A stretch of DNA of 64,000 bases from Polyangiales bacterium (GTDB lineage Bacteria; Myxococcota_A; Polyangia; Polyangiales; Polyangiaceae). The stretch spans positions 44,936-108,935 of the forward strand of contig JBBRNJ010000021.1 in NCBI GenBank assembly GCA_038230375.1, read 5' to 3'. A program made the position numbers and the translations under genes. The notes below the pieces were generated by a model. That model was given only the letters and a program-made list of their open reading frames with translations. It was not told the DNA's origin and searched no databases. The first letter of the stretch is position 1, and the number at the start of each line of letters is the position of its first letter. Shown piece by piece: positions 36,833 through 46,000 of the stretch.

Positions 36833-38518
36833 TCAGGGGCCGGCCGGTGGGGCGAAGATGATCGGGTAGACCACAGTGACGATGCCGCTCTCGGGCTGTG
36901 GGAAGCGCAGATTTTGGAAGTTGCGGAGGACGCAGCGCACGACGTTTTGATCTGGCAGGTCGGAGCCTCCGTCCGCAATGGTCGAGATCTCTCCGCTCCT
37001 GTCGATCACGAACTTCACGCTGACGCGCCCTTGCAAGGTGGGATTGGTGCGCAGCCCGTTCTCGTAGCAGAGTCGGAAACGACCAAAATTCTGGCGCACG
37101 ATGCGCTGGATCACCTCGGGCGGGAGGCGACCATTCACCTGCGTGACGCCTTGGCGCAGCGAGGGAGCTGCAACGTTCCGTCCGCTTGGGACTCCGGGCC
37201 ACGCGGGCCCCACTCCCGCCGGCGAAGGCGCCCCGCCGGACAGCCCGCCCAACAGCCCCATCGTGCCGAGGTGGTCGTCGAGCGCGTCGATCGCATCCGT
37301 GATCGGCTCCGGCGGCACGTTGACCGGTGCAGCCTCCGCGCGCTTGTGAGCTGAGGTCGCGCTCGCCGGCGAACAGCTCACCAGATCACGGTTTGGCACC
37401 GCGAGGCGCACGCCGGTCGACGCGAGAGACCCGTCGACGGTGACGTACGAGATGTCTTCGCCCTTCTGCGCGACGCGTATCGCTGCCTCGGCGGGGACGC
37501 TTCCAATGAGGTAGCGCGCTTGCGGTGTGGCCGTGATCTCTGCCAGCAGTCGGGCCTCGCCGCGACACGTGAGCACCGTGGCGACTCCGTCCGAAGGCGG
37601 CGCGCCGGCCTGCGGCGCTTTCCACCCAGCGTACGGATCGCCGTCGCCCTTGAGTCCGATCATCCCGAACTCGACAGCCTCGCGCAGGGCGGCCTGCCGC
37701 GCGGCGTGTGCATCGTTCTTCACGACCATCGCGGTGTCGATCCAGCCGGCCACATGGCCGAGCCGGATGCGCGACCTGGCCCCGCGCTGCTCCAGCACCA
37801 CGACCAGCCTCTGCTCGTCGCTGGCGTCGAACGTCCCAGCGGGCGCGCCGGTCGGCTCCGCCGAGATCGAGATCACCTTCTTCGCCTTCAGCACCTGGTC
37901 CTTCGGCGGGGCGCCGGCCTGGAACGACAACGGCGGTATGTGCAGCTCGCCGGAGTCCGCTGGGTACGCCAGCGACACGTCGGCGCAGCTCACCTCCGTC
38001 GTGCGATTGCCTGGCGCGAGCGTGAAGCCCGGCACGTCCGGCGCGGCAAGGACGATCTTGCCATCGTGCACGTCGTCCACGGACAGGTTGGCCGATCCAG
38101 GGAAAAACACGCCTCCAAACGAGATCCATCGAGCCCCGTGCACCACGACTCGCTGCTTCGGAACCACGCCGTGCAACGTGACGCCCGCAACGGTGGTCTC
38201 GACGAATGCGTCGCCCTTTGCGCCGAGCGCGAGCCTCGCGGTGCCACCGCTGCTGGTGAGGAGCACTGGACCATCGGAGCTCGCGGCGAGCTCGAGCCCT
38301 GCGGTGGTGCCTGTCAGCTCGCAGACCGCAGGCAGCGGTGCGATGGGTGTGAGCCCCGCGGCTTCTGCTGGAGGCGGTGGCAACGTGGGCGCAGGCGGCG
38401 GCGCGACCACCACAGTGAGCGGCGCTGGCGTGACGGGTCCTGCGCTCTCCGGCGGCGGACCACAAGCGACGGACAGCGAGAGGAGAGAAGGCAGCACGAA
38501 GAGAGAGCGACGCTGCAT
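36833..38518 (-). CDS. Lipoprotein with C-terminal AgmX/PglI (TonB-C-like) domain
   Basis: Lipobox SVAC; C-terminal GRLPPEVIQRIVRQNFGRFRLCYENGL..GRVSVKFVI..FPQP..VVYP. Confidence 0.85.
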   Translation of the reverse strand: MQRRSLFVLPSLLSLSVACGPPPESAGPVTPAPLTVVVAPPPAPTLPPPPAEAAGLTPIAPLPAVCELTGTTAGLELAASSDGPVLLTSSGGTARLALGAKGDAFVETTVAGVTLHGVVPKQRVVVHGARWISFGGVFFPGSANLSVDDVHDGKIVLAAPDVPGFTLAPGNRTTEVSCADVSLAYPADSGELHIPPLSFQAGAPPKDQVLKAKKVISISAEPTGAPAGTFDASDEQRLVVVLEQRGARSRIRLGHVAGWIDTAMVVKNDAHAARQAALREAVEFGMIGLKGDGDPYAGWKAPQAGAPPSDGVATVLTCRGEARLLAEITATPQARYLIGSVPAEAAIRVAQKGEDISYVTVDGSLASTGVRLAVPNRDLVSCSPASATSAHKRAEAAPVNVPPEPITDAIDALDDHLGTMGLLGGLSGGAPSPAGVGPAWPGVPSGRNVAAPSLRQGVTQVNGRLPPEVIQRIVRQNFGRFRLCYENGLRTNPTLQGRVSVKFVIDRSGEISTIADGGSDLPDQNVVRCVLRNFQNLRFPQPESGIVTVVYPIIFAPPAGP

Positions 38519-38535
38519 CCTTCGACGATACCAGG

Positions 38536-38895
38536 TCATGGCTTGCGCTTCTTCTCCGAGGTCGTCGCGGTCGCCTGCTCTCCAAAACGTTTCAGCGCGA
38601 GCTCCAGTGCCTCGTCCAGGTCGGGATCGCCGCAGTCGGCGCCGCCCTGCGCGAAGCCACCCCCGCGTGTCTTCCTGCCCGCCTCGAAGATCTGTCCGTC
38701 CTCGTACATCAGGTGCATGTCGTAGACGTGCTTGCCGGTTGCATCATGCACGGAATAGAAGCCGATGCGGTTCAGGATGCCGAGCTCGTTGCCGACGTTG
38801 TCGATGAGGGCCCTGAACTGGTGCTCCTGCGCTGGCGTGAGCTTCGTGAAGTCCGGTGTCGGAAGCTTTCGAAGCGTGAGCACGAGAATGGCCAT
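38536..38895 (-). CDS. Hypothetical protein
   Basis: 119-aa ORF with host-like codon usage and a TATCAT -10 just upstream. Confidence 0.65.
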   Translation of the reverse strand: MAILVLTLRKLPTPDFTKLTPAQEHQFRALIDNVGNELGILNRIGFYSVHDATGKHVYDMHLMYEDGQIFEAGRKTRGGGFAQGGADCGDPDLDEALELALKRFGEQATATTSEKKRKP

Positions 38896-38909
38896 GACCA
38901 GGATGATAC

Positions 38910-39719
38910 CTACGCGGACTTGCGCGCGCGCTGCTCTTTTTCCCTGCCGATCGCGACGAGGCGCACGACCTCTTGCCGGCAGCGCTCCGCAAAGACGCGC
39001 GCGTCCTCACCTTCGCCGAGCTCCATGGGCTCGCCGATCTCGACCCAGACGCGCGTGCTCTTCGAGTCCGCGAGGCGCCCGAGGTGCTGCATGAGGGTCT
39101 CGCCGCCGAACGCTGCGCCGGAGTCGAGCGGGTAGGCGAGTCCCACCGGGATCACGGGCACGTTGCCGCGCTTGGCTGCGACGAACGCGCCGAGCTTGAA
39201 GGTGTGAACCTCGTCGTCCTCGTAGGTGGTGCCTTCCGGGAAGAGGCAGATGGTGTCGTGTGCATCGAGTCGCTCCACCATCTGACGGATCGCGCTGGCG
39301 CCGCTGGATTTGCTGCTGCGGTCCACGAAGATCGTCCCGGCGGCCTTTGCAGCGGGACCGATGATAGGCCAGTGCGCGAGGTCCCCGCGCGAGAGGACCG
39401 CGCCGCCGAACAGCTCCAGCATGACCCCTATGTCGATGATGGAGCGGTGGTTCGAGACGACGATGCGCCCGCGGTCGCGACCCACGCCACGGATTCCCGG
39501 CTCGCCCCCGACGATCGTCTTCACGTCGAACAACTTGAGCAGCCCGCTGGACCACGAGCCGGTGAACTTGTCGCGGATCTTCGGCCGGTGGACGGAGTCG
39601 TCGTCCACGTACATGTCCAGCACGATGCCCGCGCCCGCGAAGACGGTGAGGCCCCCGAAGCCAGCCACGCGGTAGGCGCGCCGTAGGTACGACTTACTCA
39701 TCGCCGCGCATTCTTCCAT
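38910..39719 (-). CDS. 1-acyl-sn-glycerol-3-phosphate acyltransferase family (PlsC-like)
   Basis: NHRSIID (HX4D), IFVDR, FPEGT; the start is 39719 or 39701. Confidence 0.92.
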   Translation of the reverse strand: MEECAAMSKSYLRRAYRVAGFGGLTVFAGAGIVLDMYVDDDSVHRPKIRDKFTGSWSSGLLKLFDVKTIVGGEPGIRGVGRDRGRIVVSNHRSIIDIGVMLELFGGAVLSRGDLAHWPIIGPAAKAAGTIFVDRSSKSSGASAIRQMVERLDAHDTICLFPEGTTYEDDEVHTFKLGAFVAAKRGNVPVIPVGLAYPLDSGAAFGGETLMQHLGRLADSKSTRVWVEIGEPMELGEGEDARVFAERCRQEVVRLVAIGREKEQRARKSA

Positions 39720-39740
39720 TCGTCATACTATCCGTCCAGC

Positions 39741-41252
39741 ATGTCCACGCCCCTTCCTCACAAGCTCGCCGCCCTGGGTGGTTCGTACGGGAACATCGCC
39801 GCGCTCACGGCCTGCATCGACGACGCGACGCGCGCAGGCGCACAGATGCGCGCGTTCCTTGGCGACGCGATCGGGTGCTCAGCGCACAGCGAGGAGGTCG
39901 TCGCCATGATGCGCGCACATTTCCCGGTGCTCGTGGCTGGCAACCACGAACAGCAGGCGGCGCTCGGTTCGGACTCGTGCGGCTGCGGCTACGCATCCAA
40001 GGAGGACGAAGAGGTGAGCTGCGAGGCGTTCCGTCATGCGACGGAGGCGCTGTCCTCCGCGTCCAAGGCGTGGCTCGGAACATGGCCCGATCGCGCGATC
40101 GTCGAGCTCGCGGGCGGACGCGTCCTCCTCTGCCACGGCAGCCCAGGCAACACGAACGAGTTCCTCTACGAGATGGAGCTGGATGATCTTCGGCTCCTCG
40201 CGTGGCTCGACGAGCACGACGTGCGCGGCTTCGTGTGCACGCACTCGGGCCTGCCGTGGATCCGCGCGCTGCGTGGCGGCCGCTTTGCCGTGAACTGCGG
40301 TGCGGTGGGTAAGCCCGATCACGATGGTGATCCCGCCGTGCACTACGCCATGGTCACGCTGCCCGCGGGCGGCGATCCCGTGCTGGAGATCCGCCGCGTC
40401 GAGTACGGCCACGAGGCGTTCGCGAAGCAGATGGAGTCGCTCGGCATCGCGGACGTGTTCGTGTCGCCGCTGCGGACGGGCGTGTGGACCACGGGCCTTG
40501 CAAGCCTTCCACCGTCGGAGCGCGCACGTCCGCTTCGCGCGACCGCAGGAGTGACCGGACCCGCAGCGCCATCGCGTTCCGCATGGGCGCCGGAGCATCT
40601 GGATGCATCGCGCTTCCGCGAGGTGCTCGCCGCGTTCCGCGATCTCCGCCTCATCTCCGCTGCGGAGTCCGACGAGGTGATGCGCCTCCTGGGCCCCGCG
40701 TTCCCGTTCTTCGGCGCGGTGCGCCTGGCAGAGTCGCTGCACCTGCACATCAAGGTCGACGACACCGCGCAGCTGCCGCACGACGCGATCGTGGCGCTGG
40801 GCACGCATGCCGAGAACGTGCGTACGGGCTACGTGAAGTATCCGTTCGCGGGTGGAATCAACCTGATCTTCTCCTCCATCGACGTGGCGGAGGAGGACAC
40901 GCTGCCGAAGGCAGAGAACCCGCTGCACAAGCCCATGCTGGACCACGTGGGGATCGATCTGCGTCGCGAGACCGGCGTGTCGCACGCGCGCTTCGACGAG
41001 GTGCCGGGGCTCGCGCAGCGTGTGGGCTGGGCGCACACGCCGCAAGGAGGTCGGGGCCGCGCGGTGTTCTGTTGCCACACGCAGGTGGGCGCGAAGCACT
41101 GGGTCTATCCGCCGCAGGAGGGATCGCCGTTCACGCGCCCCGTCGAGCTCGCATACGGGCCGCTCGAGATCAGCAATGCAGAGGAATTTGGCTGCGATCT
41201 GCGCCCGATCGACCCACGCCACCCGGCTGCTCCGGGCTTCGTGTCGTGTTAG
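39741..41252 (+). CDS. Metallophosphoesterase-like domain fused to C-terminal ArsI/CadI-like VOC domain
   Basis: N-terminal GGSYGN, FLGD, GNHE, CHGSP, HSG. C-terminal HLHIKVDD..GYVKY..LDHVGI..CC..KHWV..VEL. Confidence 0.8.
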   Translation: MSTPLPHKLAALGGSYGNIAALTACIDDATRAGAQMRAFLGDAIGCSAHSEEVVAMMRAHFPVLVAGNHEQQAALGSDSCGCGYASKEDEEVSCEAFRHATEALSSASKAWLGTWPDRAIVELAGGRVLLCHGSPGNTNEFLYEMELDDLRLLAWLDEHDVRGFVCTHSGLPWIRALRGGRFAVNCGAVGKPDHDGDPAVHYAMVTLPAGGDPVLEIRRVEYGHEAFAKQMESLGIADVFVSPLRTGVWTTGLASLPPSERARPLRATAGVTGPAAPSRSAWAPEHLDASRFREVLAAFRDLRLISAAESDEVMRLLGPAFPFFGAVRLAESLHLHIKVDDTAQLPHDAIVALGTHAENVRTGYVKYPFAGGINLIFSSIDVAEEDTLPKAENPLHKPMLDHVGIDLRRETGVSHARFDEVPGLAQRVGWAHTPQGGRGRAVFCCHTQVGAKHWVYPPQEGSPFTRPVELAYGPLEISNAEEFGCDLRPIDPRHPAAPGFVSC

Positions 41253-41283
41253 CCTGCGGCCTTTCTCACACGAGGAGGCTCAC

Positions 41284-41613
41284 ATGGCTGGCTACTACCT
41301 GTCGGAAGATCTCGCGCGGTTCGGTGACATCAAGAAGAGCGCTCCCGCGCAGTGGGAGACGTTCCTCAAGTGGTACACGACCACGATGGAGCCCGGCGCC
41401 GTCGACGGCAAGACGAAGAAGCTGGCCGCGCTCGCGGTCGCGTATGCGATCCAGGAGCCCTACTGCATTGACGCATACACCTCTGCGTGCACCGACGCGG
41501 GCATCACGCCCGAGGAGATGGCAGAGATCGTCAACGTCGCTGCCGTGATCCGCGGCGGTGGAACGCTCGCGCACTGGGCGCAGTCCGAGAACACGCTCTC
41601 CCGCAAGAAGTGA
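41284..41613 (+). CDS. CMD/AhpD-like protein of the arsenosugar-biosynthesis-associated peroxidase-like type
   Basis: YY..DLARFGDI, KKLAALAVAYAIQEPYCIDAYT, EEMAE..VAAVIRGGGTLAH; GAGGAGG RBS. Confidence 0.85.
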   Translation: MAGYYLSEDLARFGDIKKSAPAQWETFLKWYTTTMEPGAVDGKTKKLAALAVAYAIQEPYCIDAYTSACTDAGITPEEMAEIVNVAAVIRGGGTLAHWAQSENTLSRKK

Positions 41614-41617
41614 GCGC

Positions 41618-42772
41618 GTGAAGACGGTCGCGATCATCGGCGCGGGCCCCATCGGCATCGCTGCGGCGCATGGCTGCCTCGCGCGCGGGCACACGCCGCT
41701 CGTGCTCGAGAAGGGCGATGCGCCAGGGGACTCGCTCCGCCGCTGGGGGCCCACGCGCTTCTTCTCGCCGCTCTCCATGAACCTGCCTCCGATGCTGCTC
41801 GAGATGGCCTTGCATGCTGGCGGCGCTCGGCCGGATGCGCTGCTCACCGGACCCGAATTCGCCGAGCTGCTGTCGGAGCTCGCGCGTGCGCCGGCGCTCG
41901 CGCCGCACGTGAAATGCCGGCATGCGGTGCGTGCGGTCACGCGTCGCAATCTGGCGCGCGGTGATCTGGCCGGGCATCCGGTGCGCGCGGAGCTGCCGTT
42001 CACGGTGGTCGCGGGGGCGCCGGAGGGAGACGTCGCGTTCGAAGTGGACGCCGTGCTCGACGCGAGCGGCGTGTACGACACGCCCGTTCCGGTCGTCGCG
42101 CGCGGTGCCGGTGCGCTGGACGGACGCGCCATTCGTCACCTTGGCGATCTTCATTCACGCGCTCGCTCGCTCGCGAACACGCGCGTGTTGGTGGTGGGGC
42201 ACGGACACTCCGCAGCGAACGGGCTCTGCGCGCTGGAGGCCGTGGCGCGCGAGGCGCCGGATACGCGCGTCACGTGGGCGGTGCGGTCGCGCAACCTGCG
42301 TCCGCTCGAGGCCGCCGCGAGCGATCCGCTGCCCGAGCGCGACTTCATCGTCACACGCGCGAACGAGCTCGCCGCGAAGCCTCCTGCGTGGCTCCGCATC
42401 GAACGCTCGGCCTCCATCGAGTCGGTCGCGTCACGTGGGCCGGCGTTCACGGTTGCGCTCGGTGGTGGTCGCTCGATCGACGTCGATCACGTGGTCGCGC
42501 TGCTCGGCTACCGACCGGACCTTGCGCCGCTGTCGGAGCTCGCCATCGAGGTCTCGCCCGCAACGGAGGGGGCCATGCGTCTGGCGGGCGCCCTGGCGAA
42601 CGTCACCGATTGCCTCTCGGTGCCCAAGGTGGCTCCGCGGGATCTCGCCTCTGGGGAGCCGCGGTTCCACCTGGTCGGCGCGAAGAGCTATGGCCGCGCC
42701 GCGACGTTCCTGCTGCAGACTGGCTATTCGCAGCTCGAGACCATCCTCGACGGCCTGTTTGCGGTGGCCTGA
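41618..42772 (+). CDS. FAD/NAD(P)-dependent oxidoreductase (flavoprotein monooxygenase type)
   Basis: IIGAGPIG, FFSPLSMN, DASG, VVGHGHSA, GYRPD, GAKSYGR..TFLL.TGY.Q. Confidence 0.9.
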   Translation: MKTVAIIGAGPIGIAAAHGCLARGHTPLVLEKGDAPGDSLRRWGPTRFFSPLSMNLPPMLLEMALHAGGARPDALLTGPEFAELLSELARAPALAPHVKCRHAVRAVTRRNLARGDLAGHPVRAELPFTVVAGAPEGDVAFEVDAVLDASGVYDTPVPVVARGAGALDGRAIRHLGDLHSRARSLANTRVLVVGHGHSAANGLCALEAVAREAPDTRVTWAVRSRNLRPLEAAASDPLPERDFIVTRANELAAKPPAWLRIERSASIESVASRGPAFTVALGGGRSIDVDHVVALLGYRPDLAPLSELAIEVSPATEGAMRLAGALANVTDCLSVPKVAPRDLASGEPRFHLVGAKSYGRAATFLLQTGYSQLETILDGLFAVA

Positions 42773-42927
42773 GCCCCCACGCTGTCTCCCGACGGAGACA
42801 CAAACGCGCGTAAATTTCCCTGGAATAGCGCTTGCGTCAGCTCGCCCTTCGCGGCGCGCGTGCTACACGCGCAGTCGATTGTTGACCCATGGGGTGGGGG
42901 CAGCGGCCACTCACCCGGAACCTCATC

Positions 42928-43590
42928 GTGGCGACGCTCCTCCCATTCACGAATCCTCGAAACGAGAGGCCCATTCTCTCGGAGGTTTCGGCCTCCGAAG
43001 CGGGCGCGCATGCGCGTCGTGAGCTGACGGATGCGGAGCTCGCGGAGCTAGGTGCACAAGGGGATGCGGCGGCGCAGTCCGAGATCTTCGTGCGTCACAA
43101 ACATTCGGTGGCGCGGACGGTGGCGGCGCTGCTCGGACCCGAGGCCGAGATCGAGGACCTGGTCCACGAGACGTTCTTGCGGGCCTATCCGCGCATGCGC
43201 GACCTGGAGTCGGCGGCCCGGCTCGGCGCGTGGCTTCGCGGCATCTCGGTGCTCGTGTCGCGCGAGTGGCTGAAGAAGAAGGCGCGCCGTAGGTGGACGC
43301 TCTTCGACGTGGTCCCGGAGATGCCGGCGCGCGAGGTGTCCCACGGCGCCAGGGATGCGCTGCGCGACACGTTCGATGTCCTCGCGCGGCTGCCGGTGGA
43401 CGAGCGTCTTGCGTTCAGCCTTCGCTACATCGAGGGCCTGGAGCTGGAGGCGCTCGCGCTCTCCATGGATATCTCCGTGTCCACCGCGAAGCGGCGTCTG
43501 CGCGATGCAGAGCGGCGCTTCCGTGCGCTCGCGGCCAAGCGCCCCAGCCTGCACGAGTACCTGCAAGACGATGGGGAGGAGGAGTCATGA
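42928..43590 (+). CDS. ECF RNA polymerase sigma factor (start uncertain)
   Basis: EDLVHETFLRA, LGAWLRGI, ERLAFSLRYIEG, SVSTAKRRL. Confidence 0.9.
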   Translation: MATLLPFTNPRNERPILSEVSASEAGAHARRELTDAELAELGAQGDAAAQSEIFVRHKHSVARTVAALLGPEAEIEDLVHETFLRAYPRMRDLESAARLGAWLRGISVLVSREWLKKKARRRWTLFDVVPEMPAREVSHGARDALRDTFDVLARLPVDERLAFSLRYIEGLELEALALSMDISVSTAKRRLRDAERRFRALAAKRPSLHEYLQDDGEEES

Positions 43591-44873
43591 AGCACCCCGG
43601 ACTTCTGCGCCTCGGCGCGGACATCGCGAAGGAGCTCGATCACGAGATCGGCATCCGCTTCGACGGCGAGCGCGTGTCAGGCCCGGTGCCGCGCGTTGCC
43701 AGTCCTGGTTCGCTCCAGAGGCGCGAGCCTCTTGCGAAAGGCCGGGAAGTGCGGTCGGTCCCTTCGCTGCGGTCGCGTCGTTCTGTCGCGCTCGGTGCGC
43801 TGGGAGCCGCGGTTGCGGTCGCTGCGGCGTTCGCGCTCGGCATCGGTCTGCATCGCGGCGAGAGCGTGGATGCGCCGAAGCCGTCGTCTGTGTCGACCGA
43901 GGCGGCGTTCACGTTTGCGAGCACGGGGCCGGACGGTGCTGCGAGCGCGCCGGGTCTTGGTGCGCCCGTATCGGAGAGCGGTCGCGCGACGGCGCTCGCG
44001 TTCTCGGACGGCAGCCGCGTGTCGCTGGAGCCCAAGGCAGAGGCGCGGGTGCTTCGAACCACATCGCATGGCGCCACGGTGCTGCTGGAGCGTGGTCGCC
44101 TCGCGGCGTCCGTCGTTCATCGCGCGAACACCGAGTGGGCGTTCGACGCCGGCCCGTACGAGGTGCGCGTGGTGGGCACCGCGTTCGACCTTGCATGGGA
44201 TCCGCGTCGCGACGCCCTCACGCTGCACATGACGGAAGGCCGAGTCACCGTCAGCGGCTGCGGCACCTCCCAGAGCGTGGGAGCGGGAGAAGATCTCGCG
44301 CTCGCTTGCAACATGGAGTCCACGCCGTTCGTTCCGAATCCGAACGCCCCGAACCCGACCTCCCCCGAAGCAAAGCTCCCACCGACCTCGCCCGATCCCT
44401 CACCCTTCACCTGGCCCTCCACCTCACCCTCGGCCTCACCCTCGCCCTCCACGTCACCCTCCACGCCACCCACTCCCATCTCCCCTCTCGAGGCCATGGA
44501 CGCCGCCACCCTCTGGACCACCGCGGATACCGCGCGCGCCTCGGGCGACGCGGCCACGGCGAAGACCGCGCTGCTCGTGTTTCGTCGAAGATTCAAGGGT
44601 GATCCGCGCGCGAGCACCGCCGCGTTCCTGTTGGGCACGCTCGCGTACGACGTGGAGCACGCGAAGGCAGAGGGCCTCGGTTGGTTCTCGATCTACCTGG
44701 CGGAGAATCCGGATGGCGCGCTCTCGCGAGAGGCGCTTGGGCGCGCGCTAGAGGCGTCCGTCGCGCTAGACAAACCGTACGACGCGCAGCGCCTTGCTCG
44801 CCGTTACCTGGACACCCACCGTGGCGGCCCGCACACGGAGCTCGCAACACGCGTTCTTGGAGGACAGCCATGA
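43587..44873 (+). CDS. FecR-domain anti-sigma factor with C-terminal TPR-like region
   Basis: TM, FSDGSRV.L, LERG, VRVVGTAF, EGRVTV; Pro/Ser linker; YLAENPDG helical repeats; overlaps the sigma gene. Confidence 0.88.
   Translation: MKHPGLLRLGADIAKELDHEIGIRFDGERVSGPVPRVASPGSLQRREPLAKGREVRSVPSLRSRRSVALGALGAAVAVAAAFALGIGLHRGESVDAPKPSSVSTEAAFTFASTGPDGAASAPGLGAPVSESGRATALAFSDGSRVSLEPKAEARVLRTTSHGATVLLERGRLAASVVHRANTEWAFDAGPYEVRVVGTAFDLAWDPRRDALTLHMTEGRVTVSGCGTSQSVGAGEDLALACNMESTPFVPNPNAPNPTSPEAKLPPTSPDPSPFTWPSTSPSASPSPSTSPSTPPTPISPLEAMDAATLWTTADTARASGDAATAKTALLVFRRRFKGDPRASTAAFLLGTLAYDVEHAKAEGLGWFSIYLAENPDGALSREALGRALEASVALDKPYDAQRLARRYLDTHRGGPHTELATRVLGGQP
44335..44490 (+). repeat. C-rich low-complexity region encoding a Pro/Ser/Thr linker
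   Basis: Imperfect CCCTCCACCTCA-like tandem units encoding PSTSPSASPSPSTSPSTP. Confidence 0.6.
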
Positions 44874-45841
44874 CGAAACGAACCGTCGCAGTCCTTCTCG
44901 CGACCACCGCGCTCCTTGCGTCGCGTGAGGCGCGTGCAGACGTGAAGCACGTGGTGCTGTCGTCCCCCGCGGGCACGGAGGTCACCGAGCGCCTGCGCGC
45001 AGAGCTCGTCCTCAAGGGCTTCCGCGTGAGCATGTTCGGGCCGCTTCCATCCGGCTGTTTCGGAGACGATCTCGCGAACGTGGCGAAGGGCGCGGACGCA
45101 GCCGTGTGCGTGGATGACAGCGTTCATGTCTTCGTGCGCAAGGACGACAAGCTGCCGCACACGGACACGGTCGCGTCGGTCGATGCGTCCGACATCGCAG
45201 CGATGCGCGCCGCGGAGATCGTGCGCGTTCGCCTGGAGCTCGCGAGCATGCCCGAGCCACCGACGCCACCTTCCCCGCCTGAGCCGGTCGTGGTCCGCGT
45301 AGAGGCGATGGACCCGGCGCTGCTGCAGCCGCCGGACAGGATCGAAGACGACAGGACGCCGCCGGCGCAGGTCCGCCTGGGCCTGAACGCTGGCTTCCTG
45401 TACGACGCGTCGACCTATGCCCCGAACAGCCAGGACGGTGGCGTCGGCTATGTGATGACGGGGCTGTCGGTGATCTTCCGTCCCGCGAAGGCGCCGGGCT
45501 GGCAGCCCGTGCTCGCGGGCTCGCTGTTGCTTGGTCCGGGCGTGGTGACGGGGGGTGCAATCACCGGCGGGGTCCGCTACCGGCTCGTCGAGGACGCGGG
45601 CGGCAGAGTGGCCATCTACCTGGGCCCCAACGCGGGCGTCTTCATGAACCGCGACGTCGACTCACGCGGCCGCAATGCGAGCAAGGGCTCGCCGACGATA
45701 GGCCTGCAGTCGTCGATCGAGCTCTCACTCACCGAGCACACAGCGCTCGCCTTCCAGGGCTCAGGCAGCTTCTTCCTGGACGAAAACCCCGCGATGAAAG
45801 CGCCACTCGGCGCGACGCTCGGATTTCACTCTTCGCTGTAG
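44870..45841 (+). CDS. Secreted protein with probable C-terminal outer-membrane beta-barrel
   Basis: Signal peptide (ARA-D), Pro linker, amphipathic strands ending ATLGFHSSL; third gene of the ECF module. Confidence 0.65.
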   Translation: MTKRTVAVLLATTALLASREARADVKHVVLSSPAGTEVTERLRAELVLKGFRVSMFGPLPSGCFGDDLANVAKGADAAVCVDDSVHVFVRKDDKLPHTDTVASVDASDIAAMRAAEIVRVRLELASMPEPPTPPSPPEPVVVRVEAMDPALLQPPDRIEDDRTPPAQVRLGLNAGFLYDASTYAPNSQDGGVGYVMTGLSVIFRPAKAPGWQPVLAGSLLLGPGVVTGGAITGGVRYRLVEDAGGRVAIYLGPNAGVFMNRDVDSRGRNASKGSPTIGLQSSIELSLTEHTALAFQGSGSFFLDENPAMKAPLGATLGFHSSL

Positions 45842-46000
45842 TGACGTGACGGCGTCGAGATCGTCAAGATGTCACCGCAGCGCGGTCGTCGACGTCGGCT
45901 GCCGCGGAGCGAGCGCTTCGTCTCGTCGCTCAAGACTCAAGACGTTGCCCACCCCCACGGGGTGCTCACCGGCCCGCTCCCGTGTCAATCGAGAGACTGC

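Noticed and set aside
44335..44490. C-rich repeats as a CRISPR array or contingency locus
   Set aside because: No repeat-spacer structure; it is an in-frame Pro/Ser/Thr linker.
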